Positions 46,923-56,093 of a DNA stretch of 64,000 nucleotides are shown here, piece after piece (the stretch's first letter is position 1; every line of letters starts with the position of its first letter). Source of the DNA: Candidatus Latescibacterota bacterium (lineage in GTDB: Bacteria > Latescibacterota > UBA2968 > UBA8231). The notes under the pieces are model-generated. The model saw only the letters and a list, made by a program, of their open reading frames with translations. It ran no database searches and was not told the origin of the DNA. The DNA lies in contig OZ252098.1 of the NCBI GenBank assembly GCA_965248355.1, positions 2,784,001-2,848,000 on the forward strand, in the 5' to 3' direction. Both the position numbers and the translations under genes were made by a program.

Positions 46923-48328
46923 GGCGGGACCGAGCCGCGGCGCAGGGCCGACTCGAGTACGGCGATCTCGGCGGCGGCGACGGCCCGCAGGTCGAGGTGC
47001 AGGCGGTCGCCGCGCACGTACCCGAGCACCGGCGGCTCGTGCCGCCGCAGGCGCGCCGCCAGCTCCTCCACCGGGAGGGCGGGGGGCTTCACGGTGAGGG
47101 CGGCGCTCGGGATCTCCTCCAGCGGCAGGGAGCCGCTGCCGGCCTGGGCCCGCGAGTCGATCAGCTCGATCCGCCAGCCCGCTTCCCGCAGATCGGCCAG
47201 CCGGCCCCGGAGGCGGCGGCCCCGCCGCTTGAGGGTGGACACCTTCACGGTGAGCCGGCTGAGCACCGGGTGCTCGGCCAGCAACCGCGAGCGGTCCAGG
47301 TGGAGGCGCAGGGTGGCCTCCAGCGCCGCGTAGGTCAGCTTGCCGCAGCGCAGGGCGCGCATGAGCGGGTTGGAGAGGATGGCCTCGATGCTCTCCCGGC
47401 GGCCGACGATGAGCCCGGCCTGGGGTCCGCCGAGGATCTTGTCGCCGCTGAAGGTGACCACGTCGGCCCCGGCGGCGACGCTGTCGGCCACCAGCGGCTC
47501 GGCGGGCAGTCCGAGTTCCGTCAGGTCGATGAGGGCGCCGCCGCCGAGGTCGCAGGCCACCGGTACGCCGCGCCGGCGGCCGAGGGCGGCCAGCTCCTCC
47601 AGGGGCACGGAGGCGGTGAACCCGAGGACGCGGTAGTTGCTGGTGTGGGCGTCGAGGAGCAGCCCCGTGCGCTCGGAGATCGCCGCCTCGTAGTCGGCCA
47701 GGTGGGTGCGGTTGGTGGTCCCCACTTCGACGGGGACGGCGCCGCTGCGGGCCATGACGTCGGGCAGGCGGAAGGAGCCGCCGATCTCGATGAGCTGGCC
47801 CCGGGAGACCACGGCCTCGCGGCCCAGGGCGAGGCTGTTGAGGGTGGCCAGCACGGCGGCGGCGTTGTTGTTGACCACGGCCGCCGCCTCGGCCCCGGTC
47901 AGCTCGCAGAGCAGCTCCTCGACGATGCGGTGGCGGCTGCCGCGCCCGCCCGTGTCCAGATCGATCTCCAGGTCGCAGTACCCGGAGGCGGTCTCGGCGA
48001 TGCGCCGCAGGGCGGAGGCGGCCAGGGGGGCGCGGCCGAGGTTGGTGTGCAGGACGATGCCGGTGGCGTTGACCACGTGGCCCAGGCGGGGGGCGAGCTT
48101 GCGGTCCAGGCGCTCGCGGACCCCGGCCACGGCTCGCTCGATCAGCTCCTCCCGAGCGCCGGGGGCGCGGCCTTCCAGCAGATCCTCGCGCAGGGCGGCG
48201 AGGGCGTCGCGAACGAGGCCGGCCAGGACGCGGCGGTCGCAGCGGTCCGCCAGCCCGGAGACCCTGGGGTCGTCCAGAACGCGGTCCACCGGCGGCAGGG
48301 CGGACAGGCCTGTCTTGGAGGCGGTCAC
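46919..48328 (-). CDS. selA: L-seryl-tRNA(Sec) selenium transferase
   Basis: VNATGIVLHTNLGRAPL, VNNNAAA, EIGGSFRLPD, EVGTTNRT, FSGDKILGGPQAG. Confidence 0.96.
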   Translation of the reverse strand: MTASKTGLSALPPVDRVLDDPRVSGLADRCDRRVLAGLVRDALAALREDLLEGRAPGAREELIERAVAGVRERLDRKLAPRLGHVVNATGIVLHTNLGRAPLAASALRRIAETASGYCDLEIDLDTGGRGSRHRIVEELLCELTGAEAAAVVNNNAAAVLATLNSLALGREAVVSRGQLIEIGGSFRLPDVMARSGAVPVEVGTTNRTHLADYEAAISERTGLLLDAHTSNYRVLGFTASVPLEELAALGRRRGVPVACDLGGGALIDLTELGLPAEPLVADSVAAGADVVTFSGDKILGGPQAGLIVGRRESIEAILSNPLMRALRCGKLTYAALEATLRLHLDRSRLLAEHPVLSRLTVKVSTLKRRGRRLRGRLADLREAGWRIELIDSRAQAGSGSLPLEEIPSAALTVKPPALPVEELAARLRRHEPPVLGYVRGDRLHLDLRAVAAAEIAVLESALRRGSVPP

Positions 48329-48381
48329 GGGGAGAGTCGGCTGGCAGGTTCGGGGGCCGGAGAGCCCCGGCGCCCGGGGCG

Positions 48382-48422
48382 AGGATACTCGACGCCCCGG
48401 CGGGCGGCAACCCCCGGTTGCC
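48382..48422 (-). promoter_or_regulatory. Putative sigma70 promoter of selA-selB-selC with overlapping inverted repeat
   Basis: Minus strand TTGCCG-N17-TATCCT (48410-48382); GGCAACC-N3-GGTTGCC at 48406-48422. Confidence 0.5.
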
Positions 48423-48596
48423 AGGGGATGGTCAGGCAGCGATCGTCACCCTTCCCTCCCTTGTGCCCGGGCCGCCCGCCAGGGCATGGGGCAAGCAGGG
48501 GACCGTCACGCTTCTCTCCCCTTGTGCGTGCGGTCTCCGGGCCGCTGTCTTTGCGCGGCCCACAGCAAGGGACACCCGACCACGAGGAGAACGGAG

Positions 48597-50072
48597 ATGG
48601 CCGACGCAGGGCGCCCACCGAACGTGCTGCTCATCTGCACCGACCACTGGAGCGGGCTGCTGACGCGTCCGGCGGGCCACCCGGTGGTGATGACGCCCAC
48701 GGTGGAGCAGATGAGCCGCAACGGCGTCACCTTCGAGCAGGCCTACTCGGCCTGCCCCTCGTGCATCCCGGCGCGGCGCACGCTGATGACGGGGATGAAC
48801 GCCCGCTCCCACGGCGACCGGACCTTCCGGGAGCAGAACCCGCTGCCCGAGGTGCCGACCCTGGCCGGCTGCTTCCGCGACGGCGGCTACCAGACCTACT
48901 GCGTGGGCAAGCTCCACCTCTACCCGCAGCGCGACCGCGTCGGCTTCGACGAGGTCATCCTCGAGGAGCAGGGCCGCCACCAGTTCGACGGCCGGGCCGA
49001 CGACTGGGAGATGTTCCTGGCCGAGCGCGGCCACGCCGGGATGGAGTACGCCGGCGGCATGAGCCACAACGACTTCCTGGCCCGGCCCTGGCACCTGCCG
49101 GAGGACTGCCACCCCGTCAACTGGGCGGTGCGCGAGATGTCGAAGGCCATCCACCGGCGGGACCCGCGCAAGCCCGGGTTCTGGTACCTCTCGTTCTCGG
49201 CGCCCCATCCGCCCATGACGCCGCTGCAGGAGTACCTGGACATCTACCGCGACGTCGAGATCGACCGGCCGTCGACGGGGGACTGGTCCGCCGATCCGGC
49301 GGGCCTGCCCTACACCCTGCGCTACCGCAACGAGAACATGAGCGCCATGGTGGGGGCGCCCTGGCACGAGCAGCGCCTGGCGAGGCGCGCGTTCTACGCC
49401 ACCCTCACCCACATCGACAACCAGATGCGGCTGATGATCGGCCTGCTGCGCGAGCAGCAGCTCCTCGACGACACGATCATCGTCTTCACCTCCGACCACG
49501 GCCACATGCTCGGCGAGCACGGGCTGTGGTGCATGACCCCCCTCTACGAGATGTCGGCCAAGATCCCCCTCATCATCGTGCCCCCCCGCGGCGAGGAGCG
49601 GCTGGCGCCGGGCACGCGGGACACGCGGCTGGCCGAGTTCGGCGACCTCATGCCGACCCTGCTGGACCTGTGCGGAGTGCCCGTCCCGCCCACGGCCGAC
49701 GGCCTCTCCCTCGCCGGGGAGACGCGGCGCGAACACCTCTACGGGGAACACTTCGCCGGCGACATGGCGACGCGCATGATCCGCGCCGGCCGCTTCAAGC
49801 TCATCTACTACGCCGCCGGCAACCGCTCGCAGCTCTTCGACCTGGAGGCCGACCCGAGGGAGACGCGGGACCTGGCCGCCGATCCCGCCCATGCCGGGGA
49901 GCTGAAGCGCCTCCAGGGGCTGCTCATGGGCGAGCTCTACGGCGGCGACGAGGACTGGCTGCGGGACGGCGAGCTGGTGGGCGTGCCGGAGCCGGTCTTC
50001 GACGTCACCGCCAAGCGGGACATGGTCACCCCCAAGGGCATGGGGAACCAGCGCGGCCTGCGGTTCGTGTGA
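48597..50072 (+). CDS. Formylglycine-dependent sulfatase (Cys type)
   Basis: PNVLLICTDH, CIPARRTLMTG, GKLH, PHPP, TSDHG. Confidence 0.92.
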   Translation: MADAGRPPNVLLICTDHWSGLLTRPAGHPVVMTPTVEQMSRNGVTFEQAYSACPSCIPARRTLMTGMNARSHGDRTFREQNPLPEVPTLAGCFRDGGYQTYCVGKLHLYPQRDRVGFDEVILEEQGRHQFDGRADDWEMFLAERGHAGMEYAGGMSHNDFLARPWHLPEDCHPVNWAVREMSKAIHRRDPRKPGFWYLSFSAPHPPMTPLQEYLDIYRDVEIDRPSTGDWSADPAGLPYTLRYRNENMSAMVGAPWHEQRLARRAFYATLTHIDNQMRLMIGLLREQQLLDDTIIVFTSDHGHMLGEHGLWCMTPLYEMSAKIPLIIVPPRGEERLAPGTRDTRLAEFGDLMPTLLDLCGVPVPPTADGLSLAGETRREHLYGEHFAGDMATRMIRAGRFKLIYYAAGNRSQLFDLEADPRETRDLAADPAHAGELKRLQGLLMGELYGGDEDWLRDGELVGVPEPVFDVTAKRDMVTPKGMGNQRGLRFV

Positions 50073-50369
50073 GGGGCTGTTCGGATATGACCTCCCTCCT
50101 GGACCTCGGCTCGGGAAAGTAGGTCGCCCAGTCAACCCATCGGCTGGCGGTCCAGCTCGAACGGGTCCGACCGTGCGTGAGGGGTTTCGGCCTCCTTGTG
50201 CACATGTGCGGAGCGCCGCCTCGACGACTTCACCTGGGTGTTGGTATTGAAGGGTGGCCCCTCGCCGCCGAAGGAATGATGGGCAAGGCGGACCCCAGGT
50301 AGGATGGCTTCAGAGTAGGCGCAATTGGCGAGGGCGCAGGTGTCGGAATCCAGGGACTGGAGCAGCGTT

Positions 50370-51140
50370 ATGGACGAAGCAGCGACCTATGTCGCCCCGA
50401 GGACATGTACGGTGGTCGAAGAAGGGACGCCGGACCGGGGCGGGGACAAGTCTTCGAGGCCACTGACCCAGTACGCCAACGCTGCGGCGTACGTGCTGAT
50501 CGCCGAACCGGGCGCCGGCAAGACAACGGCATTCAAGACTGAGGAGGCGAGCCAGGGGGGTAAGTATGTCACAGTCCGGAACTTTCGGACCTTCGAAGAC
50601 AAGCCGGAGTGGCATGATACAACGCTTTTTCTGGATGGGCTCGACGAGTCGCGCGCCGGCACAGAGGATGGCCGGACGCCGCTCGACGACATTCGGAAGA
50701 GGCTGGACCGCTTGGGCCGCCCGCCCTTCCGGCTGTCCTGCCGGTGGGCCGATTGGATGGCGGCCAACGACAAGGAAGCACTGAAGGACGTCTCGCTGGA
50801 CGGCACCGTCACAGTGATCCGACTGGATCCGTTGTCGGAACAGAACATCAAGGCCATACTCGCCAACAACCACGGCGTGGAGGACACCGACGGCTTTATC
50901 AAGGCGGCGCGAAAGCGTGGGGTAGACAGGCTGCTGAGGAATCCGCAGAACCTTGACCTGCTTGCCAAGTCCGTCCTGCAAGGGAAATGGCCGGATTCCT
51001 GCAAGGAGACATTCGACCAAGCCTGCCGGATGCTCGTTCGCGAGCCGAACGGTGAGCATCTGGCGGCGAACCCGTCGAGCACAGATGCGAGCCTGCTGAT
51101 TGAGGCGGCCGGACGGCTGTGTGCCGCGCAGCTCACAGGG
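50370..51140 (+). pseudogene. 3'-truncated NACHT/STAND-like P-loop NTPase
   Basis: Walker A EPGAGKT, Walker B LFLDGLDE, LSCR, RNPQNL; protein-like sequence ends near LCAAQL and the frame continues antisense to vapC. Confidence 0.65.
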
Positions 51141-51162
51141 GCTCTGAGGTCCGTTGTTGGCG

Positions 51163-51585
51163 CTATTCCGGAAGGACGACCTCGACCTCGGGGAACTTCG
51201 CCAGGCCCCGGTCGAAGCTCACCAGCGTCAGACCCGACACAGCGGCGAAGGCCGCCAGGTAGGCGTCGGTCCAGACCCGGTGCGAATAGGGGTAGGGTTC
51301 GGTGTAGCGCCGCCACACCGATTCGAGTCCGGGAGGCTCGGGGGCGTATTGCACCCGCTCATCGGACAGCAGCTGATCGTAGAGCGACCACGCCCGGGGA
51401 AGGGAGATCGTCTCGGAATCGAAGACGGCGGGATTGGTCGCCAGCCTGAGGAACCCGGACTGGGACTGCCGGCAGAAGACGCAGGAGTCGGGCGCCGCCC
51501 GTTCGAACCAGCGCAGGGCGCGGGAGTGGTGGAAATGAGCCTCGAAGGAGAGGGCGAGCCAGAGATTAACGTCCGGCAGGTACAC
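51163..51585 (-). CDS. vapC: PIN-domain toxin
   Basis: YLPDVNLWLAL, FLRLATNP, WTDAYLAAFA, LVSFDRG. Confidence 0.9.
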   Translation of the reverse strand: MYLPDVNLWLALSFEAHFHHSRALRWFERAAPDSCVFCRQSQSGFLRLATNPAVFDSETISLPRAWSLYDQLLSDERVQYAPEPPGLESVWRRYTEPYPYSHRVWTDAYLAAFAAVSGLTLVSFDRGLAKFPEVEVVLPE

Positions 51586-51823
51586 CCGAGTCTTCGGCCT
51601 CCAGGATGCGGCTGATGTCGTCGGAGCTCAGGTCGACCGACCCCGGATGGCGGGAGGGAACCAGGGGGAACCGGAGTCGTCGGCCTGTTCCCATCCCCGG
51701 GGCGCCGGCTACCCTCTCCTCGAGAGCTTCCGTGACGAAAGTCTTGAGGCTCTTGCCCTGAAGAGAGGCCGCGGCCTTGGCCCGTCGCAGGATGTGGTCG
51801 GGAACATCGATCGTGGTTCGCAT
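51566..51823 (-). CDS. vapB: Ribbon-helix-helix antitoxin
   Basis: MRTTIDVPDHILRRAKAAA...SLKTFVTEAL; overlaps the vapC start. Confidence 0.8.
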   Translation of the reverse strand: MRTTIDVPDHILRRAKAAASLQGKSLKTFVTEALEERVAGAPGMGTGRRLRFPLVPSRHPGSVDLSSDDISRILEAEDSGVPAGR

Positions 51824-51847
51824 ATTTGTGTATAATACATCAATATG
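51821..51847. promoter_or_regulatory. vapBC operator palindrome overlapping the -10 box and start codon
   Basis: CATATTtgTGTATaATACAtcAATATG; minus strand TTGCCC-N16-TATTAT, 8 nt before ATG. Confidence 0.65.
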
Positions 51848-51913
51848 CAGAGCGGGCAAGGGGATCGGGGACCGCTCTAATAGAGCCTCTGGCGATCTCT
51901 TCTCGGAGGAGAG

Positions 51914-52471
51914 ATGGTGGAAGCGAAGAGCATCTGCGTGTACTGCGGCTCGAAGGCCGGCCTCGGGGAGACCTACCTCCGCGAAGCCGGAGTGTTTGGG
52001 AGCGCCATCGCCCGGCGCGGGATGGGGCTGGTGTACGGCGGCGGCAACGTGGGCCTCATGGGGGCTGTCGCCCAATCCGCCCTGGCGGCCGGAGGCCGCG
52101 TGGTCGGCGTCATCCCCCGCTCCCTCGAGGAGAAGGAGCTGGCCTGCGGGGGGCTGCACGAGCTGATCGTGACCGATGACATGCACGAGCGCAAGGCGAT
52201 CATGGCGAGCCACGGCGACGCCTTCGTGGCCCTGCCGGGCGGGTACGGCACCCTGGAGGAGTTGTTCGAAGCCCTGGCCTGGTCGCAGCTCGGCTTTCAC
52301 GCCAAGCCGGTGGGGCTGCTCAACACGGCGGGCTACTTCGACCCCCTGATCGCTTTTCTCGACCAGGCGGTGGACCGCCGGTTCCTGCGTCCGCAGGACC
52401 GGTCCCTGCTGCAGGTGGAGACGGAAGCCGAACCCCTCGTGCGGGCCCTGGCCGACCGCATCGGCGCGTGA
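51914..52471 (+). CDS. LOG family nucleotide phosphoribohydrolase (TIGR00730 type)
   Basis: CVYCGS, VYGGGNVGLMG, MHERK, LPGGYGTLEE. Confidence 0.92.
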   Translation: MVEAKSICVYCGSKAGLGETYLREAGVFGSAIARRGMGLVYGGGNVGLMGAVAQSALAAGGRVVGVIPRSLEEKELACGGLHELIVTDDMHERKAIMASHGDAFVALPGGYGTLEELFEALAWSQLGFHAKPVGLLNTAGYFDPLIAFLDQAVDRRFLRPQDRSLLQVETEAEPLVRALADRIGA

Positions 52472-52477
52472 TCGGCT

Positions 52478-53791
52478 TCAGAGATAGCCGTTGATGACGT
52501 TCTCCAGCCACTCCTCCCGGCCGCTGACCCTGGCCGCCTCGCCGCGGTCGTGCACGTAGGCCTCCATGTCGGCCAGGGTCGCCTCCCCCCTCAGGATCCT
52601 GCGCCCGATCCCCCGCCGCCAGCCGGAGTAGCGCCTCTTCACGAAGTCGCCCACCACCCCGTCCTCGAGGATGCGCGAGGCCGTCTTCAGCCCCCGGGCG
52701 AAGGCGTCCATGCCGCCGATGTGGGCGTGGAACAGGTCCTCCTCGTCGAAGGAGCCGCGCCGCACCTTGGCGTCGAAGTTGACGCCCCCCGTCCGCAGCC
52801 CGCCCTGCCGCAGGATGACCATCATCGCGTAGGTCGTGCCGTAGAGATCGGTGGGGAACTGGTCGGTGTCCCAGCCGAGGAGGAGGTCGCCGCGGTTGGC
52901 GTCGATGCTGCCGAGCCGGCCCTCGGCGGCGGCCACGGTCAGGTCGTGCTCGAAGGTGTGGCCCGCCAGGGTGGCGTGGTTGGCCTCGAGGTTGAGCTTG
53001 AACTCGTCGAGCAGGTCGTGAGCGCGGAGGAAGCCGAGCACGGTGGCCGCGTCGTAGTCGTACTGGTGCTTGGTCGGCTCCTTCGGCTTGGGCTCGACGA
53101 GGAGGGTGCCCCGGAAGCCGATCTCCTTCTTGTAGTCGGCGGCCATGCGCAGGAGCCTCGCCATCTGGGCCTGCTCCTGCTTCAGGTCGGTGTTGAGCAG
53201 GCTGGAATAGCCCTCGCGGCCGCCCCAGAAGACGTAGTTGCCGCCCCCCAGGGCCTGGGTGCACTCCATGCACTTCTTGATCTGCGCCCCGGCCCAGGCG
53301 AAGACGTGGGGATCGGGGTTGGTGCCGGCGCCGTGGGTGAAGCGGGCGTTGGAGAAGCAGTTCGATGTCCCCCACAGCAGCTTCACCCCCGTCTCCCGCT
53401 GCAGCGACGCGGCCAGCTTCACCATGCGGTCGAGGCGTTCGTTCGTCTCCTTCAGGCTGGAGCCCTCGGGGGCGATGTCGCGGTCGTGGAAGGCCCAGAA
53501 CGGCACACCCAGCTTGGTGAAGAACTCGAAGGCGGCGCGCATCGTGTCCTCCGCCGCCTCCATGGGGTCGCTGGAGGTCTCCCAGGGACGGTCGTAGACC
53601 GGGGAGGGCCCGAAGGGATCGATGCCGCCGCCTTTCATCGTGTGCCAGTAGACCACGGAGAAGCGCAGGTGCTGCGCCATGGTCCGGCGGCCCACCTTCT
53701 CCCCGGGGTTGTAGTGCCGGAAGGCCAGGGGGTTGTCCGAGTCCGGCCCCTCGTACTCCACCTTTCCGATGCCCTGGAAGTACTCCTTCAT
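52478..53791 (-). CDS. xylA: Xylose isomerase (class II)
   Basis: YWHT, FHDRDIAPEG, VFWGGREGY, EPKPKEPTKHQYD, EANHATLAGH, GWDTDQFP, NFDAK. Confidence 0.96.
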   Translation of the reverse strand: MKEYFQGIGKVEYEGPDSDNPLAFRHYNPGEKVGRRTMAQHLRFSVVYWHTMKGGGIDPFGPSPVYDRPWETSSDPMEAAEDTMRAAFEFFTKLGVPFWAFHDRDIAPEGSSLKETNERLDRMVKLAASLQRETGVKLLWGTSNCFSNARFTHGAGTNPDPHVFAWAGAQIKKCMECTQALGGGNYVFWGGREGYSSLLNTDLKQEQAQMARLLRMAADYKKEIGFRGTLLVEPKPKEPTKHQYDYDAATVLGFLRAHDLLDEFKLNLEANHATLAGHTFEHDLTVAAAEGRLGSIDANRGDLLLGWDTDQFPTDLYGTTYAMMVILRQGGLRTGGVNFDAKVRRGSFDEEDLFHAHIGGMDAFARGLKTASRILEDGVVGDFVKRRYSGWRRGIGRRILRGEATLADMEAYVHDRGEAARVSGREEWLENVINGYL

Positions 53792-54585
53792 GGCCTCGTC
53801 TCCTCCGGTTCGGGCGTCACGTACGCCGCGGTGATGCCGCCGTCCACGGTGAAGGCCGTCCCGGTGACGAAGGACGACTCGTCCGACGCCAGGAACAGGG
53901 CGGCGTCGGCGATCTCCGCGGCCTCCCCGAAGCGGCCCATGGGGATGTGGACCAGCCGCCGCTGCTTCCTGGACTCGGTGTCGAGGTACTTCATCAGCAG
54001 CTCCGTGCGCAGCGGCCCCGGGCACAAGGCGTTGACGCGGATGCCCTCGCGGGCGTGCACCACGGCCAGCTCGCGGGTGAGGGCCAGCACCCCGCCCTTG
54101 CTGGCCGTGTAGGCCAGCTGCGGCACCGCCGCCCCCAGGAGGGCGACGAAGGAAGCGGTGTTGATGATCGAGCCGCCGCCGGCCCGCCGCAGGGCCGGCA
54201 GGCCGTGCTTGCAGCCCAGGAACACCCCCTTCAGGTTCACGGCCATCGTCAGGTCCCAGACCGCCTCTTCCGTGTCCACCGCGCCGGCGTCGTCGGCGTG
54301 GGAGATGCCGGCGTTGTTGAACAGCACGTGGAGAGCGCCGAAGGCCTCCTCCGCCCGGGCGACCATGGCGGCGCAGTCACCGCCCCGCGACACGTCGGCC
54401 CCCACGAACAGGGCCCGGCCTCCGGCGGCGCCGACCTCCTCCGCCACCGCCTCCCCCGCCTCGGCATCCACGTCGACGGCGACGACCCTTGCCCCCTCGG
54501 CGGCGAAGCGCAGGGCCGCCTGCCGTCCGATGCCGCTGCCGGCACCGGTGATCAGCGCCACCTTGTCGCGCAGCCGTCCGGCCAC
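53788..54585 (-). CDS. Short-chain dehydrogenase/reductase
   Basis: TGAGSGIG, NNAG, YTASK, NALCPG; ATGA overlap with xylA. Confidence 0.92.
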   Translation of the reverse strand: MAGRLRDKVALITGAGSGIGRQAALRFAAEGARVVAVDVDAEAGEAVAEEVGAAGGRALFVGADVSRGGDCAAMVARAEEAFGALHVLFNNAGISHADDAGAVDTEEAVWDLTMAVNLKGVFLGCKHGLPALRRAGGGSIINTASFVALLGAAVPQLAYTASKGGVLALTRELAVVHAREGIRVNALCPGPLRTELLMKYLDTESRKQRRLVHIPMGRFGEAAEIADAALFLASDESSFVTGTAFTVDGGITAAYVTPEPEETRP

Positions 54586-54587
54586 GA

Positions 54588-54737
54588 TCAGACTCCCCGG
54601 GGGCCCGAGTTCCGCGGGGACGCCCCGAAGGCGATGTCACGGGCCCCCTCGGCGGTGAAGCGCAGCGCCGCCTGCCGCCCGATGCCGCTCCCTGCGCCCG
54701 TGATCAGGGCCACCTTGCCGCGCAGCCGGCCGGACAC
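54588..54737 (-). pseudogene. Duplicated 5' fragment of the adjacent SDR gene
   Basis: [33 protein letters not shown], then unrelated codons and TGA at 54590-54588. Confidence 0.75.
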
Positions 54738-55093
54738 GGTCAGGCCTCCGCACTGCGCAGGGAAGCCGCGGCAGGCCGGGCGTCCCCCGCGCTCCGTGGG
54801 GGACGCGGGACAGCCGTGGGCCGGGTTCCGCCGCAGGACGGCTTCATCGCCTGCTCCGGAGCTTCGGGGGCGGGGCCGGACACGCCGCAGATCGGCCGGG
54901 AGGCACCGGTCGTCCGAGTTGGTTCAGAGGGGGGATGCCGCGGGAAAGGTGGGCCACGGCGCAGCAGTGTACCGGGGGGCCGGCGGGTGCGCAAGCTGGC
55001 CGCCGCATGGGCCAGGACGTTGATTCAGCACCGCGGGCGCGGGGGGTGCGAAGCTCCGCCGTGGAAGCGCGCCGCCCAAAGGAGAGCACTCTG

Positions 55094-56083
55094 ATGCTGG
55101 GCATGACCCTGACCCGGTTCATCATCGAGCAGCAGCGCCAGTTCCCGGGCGTCTCGGGGCGCTTCACCGCCCTGCTGGAGGGGATCACCACGGCGGCCAA
55201 GATCATCGGCCGCGAGGTGAACAAGGCGGGCCTGGCCGAGACCATGGGCCTCACGGGCCGCACCAACGTCCACGGCGAGCAGGTGCAGAAGCTCGACGAG
55301 TTCGCCAACGTCACCATCATCCAGGCCCTCGACCACACGGGGCTGCTGGCGGCCATGGCCTCGGAGGAGATGGAGGACTTCTACCCGATTCCGGAGCCCC
55401 ACGCCCGCGGCCCCTACATCCTCGTCTTCGACCCGGTGGACGGCTCCTCCAACATCGACGTCAACGTCAGCATCGGCACCATCTTCTCCGTGTACCGCCC
55501 AGGCGGCGGCGCCGCCCCCTCTGCCGAGAGCTTCCTGCGGCCAGGCCGCGAGCAGCTGTGCGCCGGGTACTTCGTCTACGGGTCGAGCACGATGCTGGTC
55601 TACACCACCGGCCGGGACGTCCACGGCTTCACCCTCGACCCGACGATCGGCGAGTTCCTGCTCTCCCACGAGAGCATCCGCATCCCGGAGAGGGGCGCCA
55701 TCTACAGCGTCAACGAGGGCAACGCCGGCGGCTGGAGCGGCGCCGTGCGCGCCTACGTGGACAGCCGCAAGGAGAGGGGCTGCTCGGCGCGCTACATCGG
55801 ATCCCTGGTCTCCGACTTCCACCGCAACCTGCTCAAGGGCGGGGTGTTCCTCTATCCGGGGGACCGCAAGTCGCCCGAGGGCAAGCTGCGCCTGCTCTAC
55901 GAGGCGAACCCGCTGGCCTTCATCGTCGAGCAGGCCGGCGGCGCCGCCTCCAGCGGCCGCGGACCGATCCTGGACCTGGTGCCGCAGGCCCTGCACCAGC
56001 GCGTGCCCCTGGCCATCGGCAGCCGCCTGGACGTGGAGGAGTTCGAGGCGGCCGTTGGCGGCGAAGGCCCGGCCGGCTCCTGA
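55094..56083 (+). CDS. fbp: Class 1 fructose-1,6-bisphosphatase
   Basis: [54 protein letters not shown]. Confidence 0.95.
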   Translation: MLGMTLTRFIIEQQRQFPGVSGRFTALLEGITTAAKIIGREVNKAGLAETMGLTGRTNVHGEQVQKLDEFANVTIIQALDHTGLLAAMASEEMEDFYPIPEPHARGPYILVFDPVDGSSNIDVNVSIGTIFSVYRPGGGAAPSAESFLRPGREQLCAGYFVYGSSTMLVYTTGRDVHGFTLDPTIGEFLLSHESIRIPERGAIYSVNEGNAGGWSGAVRAYVDSRKERGCSARYIGSLVSDFHRNLLKGGVFLYPGDRKSPEGKLRLLYEANPLAFIVEQAGGAASSGRGPILDLVPQALHQRVPLAIGSRLDVEEFEAAVGGEGPAGS

Positions 56084-56093
56084 GGAGGATCCC

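Noticed and set aside
44979..48410. 1143-aa ORF suggesting a SelA-SelB fusion
   Set aside because: Its N-terminal half is an off-frame Arg/Pro/Gly-rich shadow of selA; selB starts at GTG 46922
46997..50122. Long alternative-frame and antisense ORFs (also 2266..4323, 29858..32476, 33080..35191, 34944..36935)
   Set aside because: Typical shadow ORFs of high-GC DNA overlapping genes with clear family motifs
54586..54590. TGA before the SDR start as a selenocysteine readthrough fusing the fragment to the SDR
   Set aside because: The TGA is out of frame with the SDR GTG and there is no redox motif context
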